A DNA stretch of 64,000 nt from the human T2T-CHM13v2.0 reference genome, Homo sapiens. A program made the translations under genes and the position numbers. How positions within the stretch are numbered: the first letter of the stretch is position 1; each line of letters opens with the position of its first letter. The stretch is taken from assembly GCF_009914755.1 (NCBI RefSeq), contig NC_060926.1. One strand, written 5' to 3'. Below are positions 1 through 19,339 of this stretch, piece by piece. Below the pieces are notes generated by a model. It was not told the origin of the DNA and did no database searches. It saw nothing but the letters and a program-made list of their open reading frames with translations.

Positions 1-4386
<4,386 letters not shown>

Positions 4387-4734
4387 TTAGCTCAAAATAA
4401 ACTTTAAAAAAAAAGACAAAATAAAAAAGAATAACGTAGTCCAGCCTCCTTATTTGAATGACGTGAGGTTTAGTGAAGTTATGGAGTTTGCTAATTGAGC
4501 CATATGAGTAGTTAATACCAATGTTGTAACTAGCACCCAGGTCATCCAGGCTGAAAGCATGCTTGAGCATGTATAGAATGGGTCTAAAAGAGCTAATGAA
4601 GTGCAAAAGGGTGGTAATTTCAATGCTGTCCTGAGTCACTCAGTCCTTTAAAAGGCAGTGTCAGTGACTGTGCCCTCTGGGGGTAGGAGGGTTATTGAGT
4701 TTAAATACAATAAAATTGGTCTCTCCCCTTAACA

Positions 4735-4925
4735 TGTTCTTCAACAGCAATTTTTGAATCTTAGATCGTGAACCATCATCTGAATCCCCCGGGTATTTAT
4801 TAAGGGTAGAGATTCCAATACCTCTTGCAATCTTACTGCATCAGAATCTCTGGAAAATAGCACAGAGAATTACATTTTTAACAAGCTCTTTGGTAATTCA
4901 TATAGACTTAGGTTTGAGAAAGCAC
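4735..4925. mobile_element. MER5-like hAT-Charlie DNA transposon relic
   Basis: gttcttcaac...gcatcagaatctctgg...ttttaacaagctc...tttgagaa pattern typical of MER5. Confidence 0.6.
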
Positions 4926-5419
4926 TTGTGAAGAAGTTGAATTTTAAAGTGGAATGATGATCCCCTTCCTGTATAGTATATGAATCTTCTCTCCTTCTCT
5001 TTTTCTTGAAGCTGAGGAGAGTGTGGCTGTATAAAATTGGTATTAGAACAGTGACTGGTGATTAGAAAACTGTATCTTAAAACTCAAAAAAATAAGAAAT
5101 AGAATTAATCTGCAAGAATGTAGATGACAATACCTGATTATATTTCAGATAGTGTTCAAATGAATGTAATCCTTTGATTTAAATATAGGAGTTGTCTTTT
5201 ATTATGCATGGAATTTTTATTTAGTTTTGATAATCCAAGGCCATCTCAAGGATGTATTAAGCTCTCTGTACCATTGGAAAAAAGGGATCATTCTCAAAGT
5301 TTTGTATTTTAAATAAAGTGAAATGATAGTGACAGTGATGTTTAAATTGGCTTTTGAAAAAATATCTACTGTCACTATGCCTGTTTTGGTTGTTTTATTG
5401 TGGTGTTCTTTGTTTTTAA

Positions 5420-8305
5420 TTAACAACTTTACTTTTTTAGAGCAGTTTTATTTTCACACCAAAATTGAAAGGAAGGTACAGAGATTTGCCATGTACTTCC
5501 ATCCCCCATACATGCCAGCCTTCCCCGTTATCAACATCCCCCACCAGAATGGCACAATTGTTACAACTGATGAATCTACACTGAAACAACATTATCCCCC
5601 GAAGTCCATAGTTTACATTAGGATTCACTCTTGGTGTTGTACATCCCATGGGTTTAGACACATGTACAATGACGTATATTCACCATTATAGTATCATGCA
5701 GAATAGTTTCACTGCCCTAAATATCCTTTGTGCCCCACCTATTCATCCTCACTCCCCCTTAGCCCCAAGCATTTATCTTTTTACTGTCTCCATAGTTTTG
5801 CCTTTTCCAGAATGTCATATAATTGGAATCATACAGTATGTAGCATTTTTCAGATCAACTGATTTTACTTAGTAATATGCGTTTAAGTTTCCTCCGTGTC
5901 TTTTCATGGCTCAATAGTTCATTTCTTTGTAGCACTGAATAATAGTCCATTATCTGGTTGTACCACAGTTTATTCATTCACCTACTGAAGGACATCTTGG
6001 TTGTTTCCAAGTTTTGGCAATTATGAGTAAAACTGCTATAAGGTCTTTGTGTGGATATTAGTTTTCAACTTTTTTGAGTAATTACCAATGAGCATAATTG
6101 CTCGTAGATACCTAGGAGCTCCATTGTTTGTATGGTAAGTTATGTTTAGTTTGGTAAGGACCTGCCAAACTGTCTTCCAAAGTACCTATACCATTCTGCA
6201 TTCCCAGTAGCAATGAATGAGAGTTCTTATTGCTCCATATCCTCATCAGCATTTGATGTTGTCAGTGTTCTAGATTTTGGTCATTCTAATAGATAGGTAG
6301 TGGTCTCTCACTGGTTAGTATGCCTTCCCTGATGACACATGATGTGGAGCATCTTTTCATATGCTTAATTGCTCTTGAATGTCTTCTTTAGTGAGTTACC
6401 TGTTAAGGACTTTGACCCATTTTTTAATTGGGTTGTTTGTTTTCTTATTGTTTAGTTTTTTAATATATATTTTAGATAACAATATTTTATCAGATGCATC
6501 TTCTGCAAATATTTTCTCCCAGTCTGTGACTTGTCTTCTCATTCTCTTGACATTGTATTTCAGGGAAGTTTTAAATTTTCATGAAGTCCAGCTTATCAGT
6601 ATTTCTTTCATGAATCATGTCTTTGATTTTTTTTTTATCTAAAGAGTCATTGCCATACCCAAGATCATCAAGATTTTCTTTCTCCTGTGTTATTTTTGAG
6701 GATTTTTATAGTTTTATGTTTTAGATCTATAATCCATCTTAATTTTGGGGAAAGGTACCATAAGGTATGTGTTTAGATTCATTGTTTTGCACGTGGATGT
6801 GCAGTTGTTCTAGCACCATTTGTTGAAAAGACCATCATTGTTCCATTTGTATTTTCATCGTTCCTTTTTCAAAGATCCATTGACCATATTTATGTGGGCT
6901 TTTTCTGGGTTCTTTATTCTGTTCCACTGATCTATTTGTCTTTGCTTTTACTAATACCACATTATCTTGATTACTGTAGCTTTACAGTAAGTCTTAAAGT
7001 CAGATAATGTCAGTTCTCCAACTTTGTTCTTCTTCAGTATTATATTTGTTATTCTGGATTTTTTGCCTCCCCATATAAATAGTAAAATCAGTTTGTCTAC
7101 AGCCATAAAATAAGTTGCTAGGGTTTTGATTGAGTCTGTATTGAATCAATACATCAACATCTTCCTATCTTCCTGGTTATTTACATGAAATATCTCTCCA
7201 TTTATTCCTTCTCCTTAGATATTTTTATTAGAGATTTTTAGATTTCCTCATATGGATCTTATACAATTTTTTAAATATTTGTACCCAAGTATTTCATTTT
7301 TGGTGGTGCTAATTTAACTGGTATTGTGTTTTAATTCTAAATTCCACTTGTGCCTTGCTAGTATATGGTAAAGCAATTGACTTTTATACAATTGCTTATC
7401 AGTTCTGGAAGTTTTTTGTTGATTCTTTTGAATTTTCTAGACAATCACGTCATTTGCAAACAATGAGCATTTTACTTCTTCCTTCCCAATCTGTATACTT
7501 TTTCTTTCCCTTTCTTGTCCTATTGTATCAGCTAGAACTTCCTGCACAGTCTTGAAAAGGAGTGATGAGAGGGGACATCCTTGCCTTGTTTCTGATCTTA
7601 GTAGGAAAGCTTCAAGTTTCTGACCACTAAGTGTAATGGTAGCTGTAAGGTTTATGTAGATATTCTTCTTAAGTTGAGGAAGTTCTCATCTATTACTAGT
7701 TTACTGAGAGTTTTTATCATGAATGGGTGTTGAATTATGTCAAATGATTATATTGATGTGTATTATGTCTATTAATATGATCATGTGATTTTTCTCTTTT
7801 AGCCTCTGTATGTAATAGATCGTGTTAATAGGTTTTTGAATTTTGAACCAGGCTTGCATACTGGGGATAAATCCCACTTGAACATAATGTATTCTTTACA
7901 TACATTGTTGCATTTGGTTTGCTAATATTTTGTTGATAATTTTTGCTTCTATTTTTATGAGAGATATTGGTTTGTACCTCTTCTTACATTGTCTTTCTCA
8001 GTTTTTGTGTTAGTGGAATGCTGGCCTCATGGAATGGGTTAAGAATTACTTTCTCTGCTTCTGTCTTCTGAAAGAGATTATAGAGAATTGGTGTAATTTC
8101 TTCCTTAAATGTTTGGTAGAATTCATCAGTGAACTCATCGGGGCCTGGTGCTTTCTGTTTTGGAAGGTTATTAGTTATTGATTCAATTTCTGTAATAGAT
8201 ATAGGTCTATTTTTTCTTGTGTGAGTTTCGGCAGATTGTGTTTTCAAGGAATGGGTCCATTTCACCTAGGTCATCAAATTTGTGAGCGTACAGTTGTTCA
8301 TGGAA
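5420..8305 (-). mobile_element. Old L1 (L1MC1/2-like) 3' end plus ORF2 remnant
   Basis: ttttagagcagtttta...catcccccaccagaatgg...gtccatagtttacattagg L1MC 3' end; minus ORF 7984-8265 (EIESITNNLPKQKAPGPDEFTDEFYQTFKEE) is L1 ORF2. Confidence 0.9.
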
Positions 8306-11300
8306 TTGTAATATTTTCAATAATGCTATAAATGTTTTTATGATTTCATATGTTTATGCATTATTTGCTTCTAAGCGATTGTAGTGGGTAATGAAAAAAG
8401 TGTTATAGTTTTAATGTAGTGGATGATATATTAGCTATTAATCATTATTTTGAATACTCAGCATTTTTTTAGCTTTGTGCTTCTTACCAGTTAAGTCAAA
8501 AAATAAATACAGAAAACTTACATATGTTCAAATTCATGTCCTTTAGTTTTTTTCTTTAGTTCTTTAGAAAGATTTTAATCAGTGTTCTTTTGTTGCTATT
8601 GTTTTACCACCCCCCAATTTAAACAGTGTTCTGAAAACAAGGGGTTATATCATATAGTGAGCTTGGAAAATGTGGCTGCTAAAATCTTCTTTTTGGAGCC
8701 TCTCAGTACACATTAGCAAATCTACTTCTTGAGGACATCATGCAGTTAAAAAGAAATCTGTTCAATTTTTTAATCTTGGTTCAATTGTCAAACAAATTTA
8801 GTTTCGCAAGTATAGACTTTTCGATTCTCATACATAATAACATCCTCCACAATAATTTTCTTTTAAAACTATTTTGGAAACTGTTAAGTTACATAATTCT
8901 CATTCTGGTGAAAGGGAGATTCTATCTTCAAGAAACACATTTCTTCCAGGTATCACATTCTAAAAGAAATTCACCATGGAGTGAAAGAGGGCTTTTGTAA
9001 GGGACATTCAACAACACCACAGATGGGAATTTCAACAGAAAATTTCTTTGAATAATCATTTTGGGAATCTGCCCTTAATGAAAGTCTCTGCATTCACATT
9101 AAAGCATAATTCTGTATAGGTGATTCTGTAGTAGGGGAATCCCATGTGGCTCAAACGTGCACCTCTCCAATGATTTAGGCACAGGCTAGAATTCCTAGTT
9201 CACCTAGAAAAAGCATTTTCCTTAATTCTCTTTATTAACTGTTACTGTGGCAGCCACATGTTTGATAGGCCTGGAGAGAGCAAATTGAGGATTATACTCC
9301 TTGAGTATTCTGTGTTTCTAATCGAAGGGCAGCATGTAGACAGAGGCAGGTTCAGCATTTACTTGGAAAAAAGAGAAACCTTGCTTGGATCTTACCCATA
9401 GCACCTCACACAGAGGGGTGCTGCAGAGTTCCCTCCAGAAACACATGGGTTCTGATCAGTCACCCAGTTTATGGTTCAACTTATAAACCAGAGTTCCAAG
9501 CTATGGAACAAGAATTTTAACCTGGACTTTCCAAAGGTCAAAAGTAACTAGCAGTTCTAGTAAGCCATAAGAATTATAGTACCACTTTCTGTAGCACTTC
9601 CGAAGTTAAGCAGGTTTTGTTTGCAGTATACATGCCGGCATGAGTTAGCCAAAACATGCAACTCCAGAGAGCTGAACATAATTGACTTGCTGAAGTGAGT
9701 AATTTAGACACTTGAAATTTTATGAAATTATAACTATGGAAACAATCAGTGAAAGGAAGGATAGAAAGAAAAGAATCCAAAATTAGAGTATAAATTATAC
9801 AACTTTTACAATCAAACAAAAAGATGCTATAATCTAGTTGTATCAGAACCAGAACCATCAAGAAAGAAAATGTCTCTTATATTGATGCAATGTTAAATCA
9901 GTATGGCGTCTAAGTCTTGGCCAACATCATATTATGTTATTAGAAGTCAATAATAAGCATAAATGCAGTTAGTAGAAACAGAAGTAAAGGGAAGAACAAT
10001 AATTAAAATGAAAGTCATTTCATTTACATTATTAATACATACAGGCTATTCATGTAGTATTCTTTCCTTCTCCAAATGTCTGCTTGCTAGTAAATTCCTT
10101 CACTTTAATAACTTTCCACGGAAAATATGTAAATGCTATCTGTTCAGGAATATTTCTAAATAAGTAACTTTGTTATATCTGTTCAAGTTGTAAATTATAG
10201 GCTACAAACCTCCACTTTTTAAAGTTATCGACATTTTCAGCTTTATGGGAAAACTTCCAGAAAACGTTTTTCAGATTTGGGATGTAGAGTGAACAGATGC
10301 TTTGCTTCCTTTCTTAGTTTGTTGAGGATTAACTATTCCAGTACATTAAATTTGCCACAAACTGTAAGCATAGAAAATGAAACAAGACTTTCTCATTTTA
10401 GCCATGTCTCACCAACAAAACAAAGATTGGAAGTCATGAATATTTAAGGAAAGCTGTGTGTCTGCTTGCATATCTGGTACACATCTGCCGATTGAGGTCA
10501 CTACCTCCACTTTGCACTGAGTGTTTCATTTGTCTGGAATTGGATCTTTTGTTGTTAATACTGCCCTTGATGTGATCATTTGGTAGGTGACCTAGCTCAC
10601 TTTACAAAAAATATGTCCGTATTTTTACTCCTAAGGTGACTACCTGGATGCCAAAAGGAGCCCTCCAATGACTTTTGAAGGGACTAGTAGGTTGGTGAGA
10701 GATGCTGATGTATGGATGCCTTAGGTTAGCGGGAAAAAAATATTGCTAGTTGCCCTACTAAATTAGAAATAATGAGAGAAAGTAAATTAAATCCTGCTGC
10801 CTCCTTACCCCAATTCAAAGAGACATTGTTGAATTGAAGCTTCTAAAGTTCCCTCTCAAATTATCCCAAGTCCTTAATGATGCTTACTCAAGTTCTTGCT
10901 CACAAGAATTTCTTCTGCATGTGCAATTCCTGCTGTGTGCAAAGGTGATCTGTCATAAAGATGTGCTGAGATAAGACAGGTATGAGGTGAGATGAGGAGT
11001 GTCACCAAGGTTGTAAAGAGATAGATTTCTTCTGAAAATAATTTCAGAAGAAAGATAAAAGCTCTTTTAACCAAGAAAATACAATATTTATATTTTACAG
11101 AAATAGTCTTTGGGTGTTACTTGATTATCCCAGCAAATTGCTTTTGGTTTATACTAAGTGAGTTGAAAAATAAAAGGTATAAACTTTTAAGAACTATTTA
11201 GAAGATTATTGAATTCTGTTTGACACCAGAGATGACAGCAAATGTGATTAATTGCCACTCATAATTGCAGTTTCATTCCAGTGGTTATTGCTTGTCAGTA

Positions 11301-12839
11301 TCAATTAATAGCTCAACGGAAACCTCATTCATTCCAGAATATTAAAGAATGATGGCTTGTGGGAATTATGCTAAACTAGCACTTTCAATTAGATTTTGGA
11401 TTTTATAGGATACTGAATAATAGTTTATGAGTTTATAATAGTAAGTACCAGTGAGTTATTGTTGAATTGTAATTGCTGTAATTATGTATGTTTATCTGGA
11501 GAATTGTAATTAGCATTTTCTCATGTTTAAAAATAGAACTATTGTACTTAATTTTTCACTTAATGTATAGATTTTGAAGTTCATTACACAAAGAATAGGC
11601 TACATAAATAACCTATTCCAATAATCCAGAAAAAAAAGTGTGCTTAGCATGACAATTGGCTTATGGGGGGCAGTCAGAGGGATAAAGAATAAATAATCTG
11701 ACAAGGTGCAATTCAAGAGATGAAGCTCATGTGTATCCTACACACAGTCCGAATTCTATGTACAAGTTTCTTTTTTATTGTGCACAAAATTTGCCATATG
11801 AATTTATGAAAACAGAGATATGTAAGAGTAACAATATGGGATCCAATGCAACTTCCTAATTAAGAAGATTAAAATTTAAACTTCAGTTTGCTTCCAGAAT
11901 CATTTTGAATTTACTTTCAAAATTATTTTGTTTACAGAACTTTACTATCCATCAATCCTCAGGATATAAGAAAGAATATAAATTTCAAATTCAGTACCAT
12001 AAAATACAAGCTTTGCACTTAGTACTATAATACTATATTAAAAAACAGTCTACAAGGGCATTTGCATTCAAATGATACCTTCAAAAAGGAGCAGAGAGGT
12101 CAGCAGTCCAATCTTAAATTTAAAATCCAGAACAAAAGTCTGATAAAATTGTTAGTTTTGTATATTCAGAGTAAATTGAAGCCACTAAATCTACATCCAA
12201 TTCCCTTTTTCTTAGCATAAACATACCAGTAGTAGTCAACTAAAAATAAGACAAAGTAGGGACCATTTGATCAAATTAAGTGAATATTGAAAGAAGGGCT
12301 GATTATTTGGGAAACATGAGGATCGCCCAGTTGATTCAATTGATGATGTGGTAATTGTACATTAACATGTTTGAAAAAGAAATGAAGGGACTAAGTCACA
12401 GGCTACAATTTCACTTGGATATCTAGATTGCTGCCTTCATCAACTGGATTTATTGAATTTCTCAAATTTTCTCATCATTTTCTGTATTAAGCTCAAATTA
12501 TACCATGTTTGATTTTATGTTATTGTTTCTTCATTAATGAATTAAGAATCTTTATCAGTTCCATATAAATTTAGGAAGTGTATAGGGCATAAAATTAGAA
12601 TATGAATTAATTTGAAGCAAGATGACACCATATAGAAGAACAGAAATGTTCTCTCTTTAATTCTAGATACATTTCTTCCACAAATGCTGCTTGAGATAGC
12701 ATTAATCATTCTGGCAACAGTGATGTCTCATACTGAACTGTCTGTCAAAGAAAACTTCAACTAAGGGCTTTTAAACCGTGTCTCCCCTAACATCCTGTGC
12801 TTATGTACTTGTTTTTGGAAACCTAAATGCAGACTTTAC

Positions 12840-13070
12840 AGCATAATGTCTCTAGAATTAGATGGTCTATACTTTGTTCACACCTCTTCTCTATTTACTG
12901 GCTTTACAACTTACAGAAAGTAGCTTACTTCTCTTTACCTTGGTTTTCTCATCTGTAAAATGGGAATGATAGGAACTATCTTATAGCCCTGTTATAAGGA
13001 TGAAATAAGTAATACATGTAAATATGAAGAAGAATAGCTGAACACAGTAATGGCTAAAATAAAACATTGC
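12840..13070 (+). mobile_element. MIR SINE
   Basis: Core ggttttctcatctgtaaaatgggaatgatagg...gttataaggatgaaataag. Confidence 0.85.
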
Positions 13071-13169
13071 TATTGCTTTTATTCTTTTATATGAGGGATT
13101 CAGTTGTCAAATACTGACTTTACAGTCTGGGCTTAAGCCTGGATATGGATGTTTTCTGGCCACAAATAC

Positions 13170-13530
13170 ATTCCTGGTGATATCAGCCCATGATTCCAGC
13201 CTACCAATTTGCTATAGAACTCTAATGCTGTTTTACAGTTTTTAGCTCTGTGAGGTCTGCAAATATGACAGAATTTCCTTCTATGTCTTCATACAGATCA
13301 TTCATAATAATGTTCATCAAGACATGGTTGAGTACAGAGCTCTTTGGCACACCAGCAGAGGCTCCTTGCCAGGGTGAAACTGATCCACTAATCTCACACT
13401 CTTCATACAGTGGATCAACTAGCTTTGCTTCTGCTTAACCAGATTATCATTCAGCTCACACATCTCTATCTTGTGTCTGAGGATATCATGGCAGATATTG
13501 TGAAATGGCTTTCTGAAATGCATTTTTATA
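13170..13530 (-). mobile_element. L3/CR1 LINE RT fragment
   Basis: acagagctctttggcacaccagcagagg...tgatccactaatc...ggatatcatgg...tgtgaaatggctttctgaaat resembles the reverse complement of the L3 DFSKAFD...GVPQGS region. Confidence 0.75.
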
Positions 13531-13904
13531 AAACTAACAATGCCTATCTCCAAAGCACCTTTTAATTGAAGTTTTACGTAGGCAATCTGTAGGCTTACTC
13601 AGTTATTTCACTCTATCTCTGTATCTTCCACATACAAAGAACAAAAGAGGGTGAACCAATGGAATAAACCATTATTATCATTATTATAACCTGATTTTTA
13701 TGGCTTCCCCAAATGTTTTCAAAACAGGGAGTTCACGTTTTCAATTTCCAGGGTACACATGAAATAGAGCCATTTAGGCATATCTCTTTGTTTCACAGTT
13801 TTGCCTCTTCAACAATATATTATTATCTCTCAATAATCTTATACCCTTAATAAAACCCATAAATAAAAATCCATATACTCAGTACACAGTGAATTAAGTT
13901 AGGA

Positions 13905-14030
13905 CTATGGTTCTCAAACTTCAAATTTTATAAGTTTTGATGGAGCCCAGGACTCTGATTTTTGTTCCAGGTGATGTTTGCTCCAGGTGATTTTTGCAAG
14001 TTGTCCATAGGCCTCTTTATTTAAACACTG
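13905..14030. mobile_element. MER5-like DNA transposon fragment
   Basis: tggttctcaaactt...gcccaggactctgattttt...ctccaggtgatt. Confidence 0.45.
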
Positions 14031-14358
14031 AATTAAGGACTTTATTTACATTTCTGTAAAATACTTCCCTTTTCAAAATGTTTCATTGTAGATCCTTTTA
14101 AGAAATGTGCTTTTCTATTACCTTAAAAATCAAAATGTCAAAACTTACCTCAAAAATATTTTTCTGATCACAGAAATATTGTATATAGAGAAATGTCTCT
14201 CCAATTAGAATAGTGTACTTTGAAACTTTAATTAAACTGCTCTGATTGCTTTAGCTGGATAATTGCTGATCTCAATTGTACACTGAAAAGGCACAGGCTA
14301 AGGAGAATTTTTTAGTGAGGACAGGTTTAGTGGTTTCGTGGAGGAGTAAAAGTAACTC

Positions 14359-14408
14359 GTTTTTTGTTTTTCTGTTTTTTTTTTTGTTTTTTTTTTTTGT
14401 TTTTTTTT
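14359..14408. repeat. T-rich (GT5-10) simple repeat
   Basis: gtttttttgtttttctgttttttttttttgtttttttttttgttttttttt. Confidence 0.9.
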
Positions 14409-17211
14409 CAGTTCACTGAGTAACATTTGATACAATTCAGGGCAAAAGCCTTAGCAAAGGGTTTCAGATCCAATCACTGTGACATACATAAGATAGATAG
14501 TCACTAAATATGTGACTAAATAAATTATCAGAGGAGCAGTGTTTATTAGCATTGATCATTTGTCCTGGGTTTATTTCTATTCTGTCTTTCTAAAGGTGTG
14601 TGGTCTCCATTTGCATAAATCCTATTTGTTCCAACTCTGCCTATTCACTATTAGGGAGAGAGGATGAGGGAAATTAATGCGACTCTCACCACATTCACCC
14701 TGCCTTATCTTCTTGCCACCCTTGTGTGATGGTACCTACCCTTCAACTCCAAATATCACAGCTTTTAAGGAGAAAGTAATGGAGAAAACAAAAGAGAAAT
14801 CCTATCCCTGATTTCTCCCATCTGTCCTTATTCCAGGTCCCCAGGAGTGCTAGGCTTAATGTACTCTAGGACTTTCATCACATCATTGTCCTCTCTCTCT
14901 TTTTTCCTCCTCTCCCCATACACTAAGCACTTTCTTCTTGAACAGGCAACCTTTTGGTCATATTAGCAGTTGGTGAAACTGATGGCTTTTTGGTATAACT
15001 GAATATGAAGTCTTAACCTCAAGGAGCAATTATGAAATCCCCTTCTCTGTCTTCATGTGATGTATGATACTTCTACCACTTTCTGCACCCTACTCATCAT
15101 ACTACAATATTAAGAAATGCCTTAGTACATAAGACTTGTAAGACAGGAAGGCAATTAAATTGAAACCAAATGACTGGAATTCTAATACTGATGCTAACAA
15201 TTACTTTGAAAAAGTCCCTTCTTTGTGCCCCTCAAGGTATTCATTTATCAAGTGGAAAGATAGGACTAGATTAATAATGGTATATAGATCAATTGAAAAT
15301 GAACACCTTTATTTTTATTTTTATGATGAGCATTTGGATAGAGTAGCAGAATGATATATGTTTAAGAATGATAGACAATAAGGCATTGCTTTCAATGAAT
15401 TAATCCAGATGCATCAGTTGATCACTTACCCCATGCTGCATGGATTCATAATGAACAGGTTTCTTTCATAATGAATATTTTTTTTCCTGACTCACTGTAC
15501 TTCTTTAAGCTCGATCATATTTCTGATTTGTATGTAACACAGTGGCTTATTTTTGGTGTGGAAAATGGCTTCAGGGATTGCAGACATTGAAATAAATTTC
15601 CTATAGGTCATGCAGTGTTATGGAAGAAATATCAAATAGCATAGAAATATTACTTCATTCAAGAACATTCTGAATTACTAAAATTAACCTAGCTACTCTA
15701 TATTAATTTACTGAAAAAAAAAGTTAAGAGAAGTTAAGAAAGATGTCTCTTAGTGAATATGCACATGAGAAAACTCTGCCCCTGTAGTCCTATTAGACAC
15801 TTAACTTGTCAAGTTGTCCTTGAAATTGAGTATATTAAAATCTTGCATAAATAAAGCAATCAAAAATTTTTTTTACCCTGCACAATTCTATTCAGAGATT
15901 TATTATAATCTACCATAAACCTTGAACAACAGGAATGTTAGTGAATGGATTTTATTACTTTTTCATTTTATCAGTGCTCTGCATTATATTGGCATGTGAG
16001 CAATTACTCTTGTATGGTTGTAAAGCATAGTATTGAGTTCTGGAAAGGGCCATTCAGATATCACCTAGCCTAGCTCTCTAGCAAGAGGGACATACCCAAA
16101 TCATTTCAACAGAATAAGAAGAAACATTTCCTGATTACAGATGTGAAAACTTGTTAGTGAAAAGTTCTAGGACTATCGAAGGACAAACCGAAATCCCATG
16201 GCAGTAGGTTGTGCTAAGGCTGTAGATTACCCCAGACCCACACTGTCTTCATTAGTGTTACTACTCTAATGAGAAACTGCACTTCAAACTGCTGCTAGAA
16301 TCATGACTAAATGAGTTCTAGGCCAGGATTTTCCTGATTGCATCAATATATTCAAAATGAATTTTCTTCGAGGTTTTCTCGGGGGTATTGGAGGGTAGGG
16401 GAGCTCACCTTTGAAAATGTAGCCCAGATATCTTCAGCTTCTGTAATAAGTGTATTTTCATCAGAGACCAAAGCAACCAAAATGTTCTAATAAGGGTTCT
16501 AATAAGATGTTCTAATAAGGGTTGTCTTAAAATCATAACAGATGTCCTGATACAGGTAAAGAAACAAAAATAGCCTGTGTGGGAATGTAGTTAAGCTCTT
16601 GAGCTTTAACATAATATTTTTGTCATTTAAACATGTTCCAGGGAAATCCCAGAAGCTGGAAGTCAGTGGTGCTCTGGAACTTAACAGGTACCAAGAGTTA
16701 TGGGGATATTTGGAGGGCAAATATTCTGCTTTTTCCTTGCAAAATTCTAATATTCAAACCACAGAATGGAGCGTGTATAATAGGAAACCTAATAATATAG
16801 TGGGAAGCATTTCCTTTCAGCAGAAAAAGAGGAAGATACAAAAGGAACAGATGGTGATAAGTTTGTGGTAATAGGGCGAAGCACTAAATAGTCTTTGACA
16901 GAGCTTGCCCCCAGATAAAATGGCAGTGGCAGGGCTTAAATCATTTTTTACATTGCTTATTGACTTTCTTTGCCTACTAATAAGTCTTCAGAGACTGAAT
17001 TTAGTTTGCAGCTTGATTTTGCCTTTCTCTGTTAATGTTACATGTGCTATGCTGAATTTGTTCAACCTTATGACCCCAATCTTGATTTCAGTACCCTCTT
17101 TTCAATCCTTTCCTCTTTTTAAATAAATTTTTATAGAAAGAAACTCTTGCCCTCAACTATTACTATTTTCTATTTAAAATTTTTATAATAACCAGAAATA
17201 CCTGGAGAAGG

Positions 17212-17440
17212 AAGTGGTTCTCAATTCTAACTACACATTAGAATCAGTTGGAGAGTAGTTTGGTTTTGGTTTTGTTTTTTTTTGTCTTTTTTTTTTTTTT
17301 TCCATTTAAATTCTGATGTCTGGTCTCCACCCACGAACACTTAAATATCTAAAAATCTCTAGATTTCTAGCCTGAGCATTCTGGACATAGGTATGTTTTC
17401 AAGGTCGCTGACACTCAATGAGGCCTGATAACTGCTAGGT
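17212..17440. mobile_element. MER5-like DNA transposon with an internal T-rich tract
   Basis: agtggttctcaattctaactacacattagaatca... ctgatgtctggtctccaccc...; T-tract ~17258-17301. Confidence 0.55.
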
Positions 17441-19339
17441 TAAAGTCCTCAAAAGTAGGAAACATTGTACACAGGCTACTCTAAAGAGCCATTTGATGCA
17501 CTGTTGAGAAAACAAGGAATTTAACTTAATTGGAAGCCATTCCCTCTTGATACTGCAGTCAGTACCTTTGGTTCATCTTATAGTGTTTACCTCATTTTAG
17601 CAAAATTGTTGCTCTTTTTTTGTCTCTCCCTCTCACCTTTAGAGAAGGCAGGGATTAGATTTCATTAATCTGTCTGTCTTTAAAGTCCCTCACCTTTACA
17701 CAGTCAGTTGTTAAAAATCAATTCCTAGATGTAGAGACTAGATTTTTAAAAATATTTTAAGTTCCTAGCCTTTACATAGGTGATTGATAGTGATTGATAG
17801 ATGGTAGAGTTCAATTTTTTCAACTGAACTTAAGCTGTTGAAATTGACAAATTAGGTTAATGCTTCCCAGATGCCAATCATTCTTGCATCATCTTCACGA
17901 TATTGGGAAACACGGTGTTGGATAAAATAATGATATTTCAGTGTTCTCAGTACTGTATTGCATCTTCTGCAGCAAGATAAGTCCTGTGGTAAGCCACAAA
18001 TGGGCTTGTGAAAGAATACCTTTTAAAATATGCTTGGGCTCTTACTGAAATTAAATAGGGCATTAAACTTACAATCTTTTAAGATGATAAAATTTAAACA
18101 AAAATACTTATGGAAATATATTTTGCTTTAGTTACTCTAAAATAAACCCTATTGCTAAAACAATAGTAGCCTCTTGATCCAACACTTTCTCTCCCCTCCA
18201 ACCCCTCCGACTTCTCTTGTCTAACTTGGCACTTAACTGCTCAGTTCTTTCTTTTTCTTGGAAAAAAGGCCAAATACCAATCCTCCTTTAAACAAATAAA
18301 AACCAAAAACAAACAAGCAGAAAACATCCCCCAGCCTTGGGACTTTAAGGAGAAAATCATTTTAGCCCCAATGAGAAACTGTATCTAACTTCACAATGAG
18401 ACCAAAGCCCCTGTGTCCTCCCTACCCAGCCTCCCTGAAGAAATGCAGACCACTCTCTGTTGGGCCTGACTCTATGTTAAAATATCAATAAGCTTTTGGA
18501 AATTTCACTGATTTTCAGTTCTGTTAGTGTCATGCCAACTGATAAAAAAAAATTATTTACCAACATCCAGGATGAAGGAAGGTGGGGAGGGACTGGGTTT
18601 TGTTCATCAAATGTCTATAGTCTTTTTGGAGGATACACTACTGGTCTCCAGTGAAGATAGAGTAAGAGATCTTTCTAGGAGCCGTGTACCCTTGCAGTGG
18701 TCAGATGATCTGAGGGAGGAGGCTTCAAGGGCCTAAAGAGACAGGTGTGGAGAGACACTGATATGTGTTCACTACAGTTTCTACTATTATATATTTGATT
18801 TTTTAAAATTTGGGAGAAACTCAGAATGGCCTCTTAAGTCTTTTGTTATAAACTGTATTCTCCTCCTCCACTCACCCCATTCTAGGCTCAATATAAGAAA
18901 TACCTTATTTATTGCAAAACATTTCTTCCCAATAAGCTCTTAAAATTATTTGATGGCATTCCAATTTGATTGATATTAAAGGTTTTCTGTTCCTACAGAG
19001 TAAAGGATCATCCATTATCAATTCAACATCATTGATTGCATGCCAGCATCATAAAAAGATTTAAAAGACTGCCCATGTCCAAAGCATGCACACATTTACC
19101 TATGGAAAGCACTTTGTAAATAGGCAATTTCAATATAATATATGAACTGTGTGCTGTGGTAGAGGTACCTACAAAATGTTAAAGTGTAATGTGCCTTTAG
19201 AAACACTATAATAAATTGCTAATAATCATTAGAATCATACTTCTCCACCTGACTGTTCCATTATTAGTCAACAACCTATAATCATTTCCTTATACTTCCT
19301 CTGAACTTTTTAATCCACTGTAAAATGAAAATACAACTG

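Noticed and set aside
16482-16523. Short tandem duplication atgttctaataagggtt; also a 10-bp duplication at 17781-17800
   Set aside because: Ordinary slippage duplications with no further structure.
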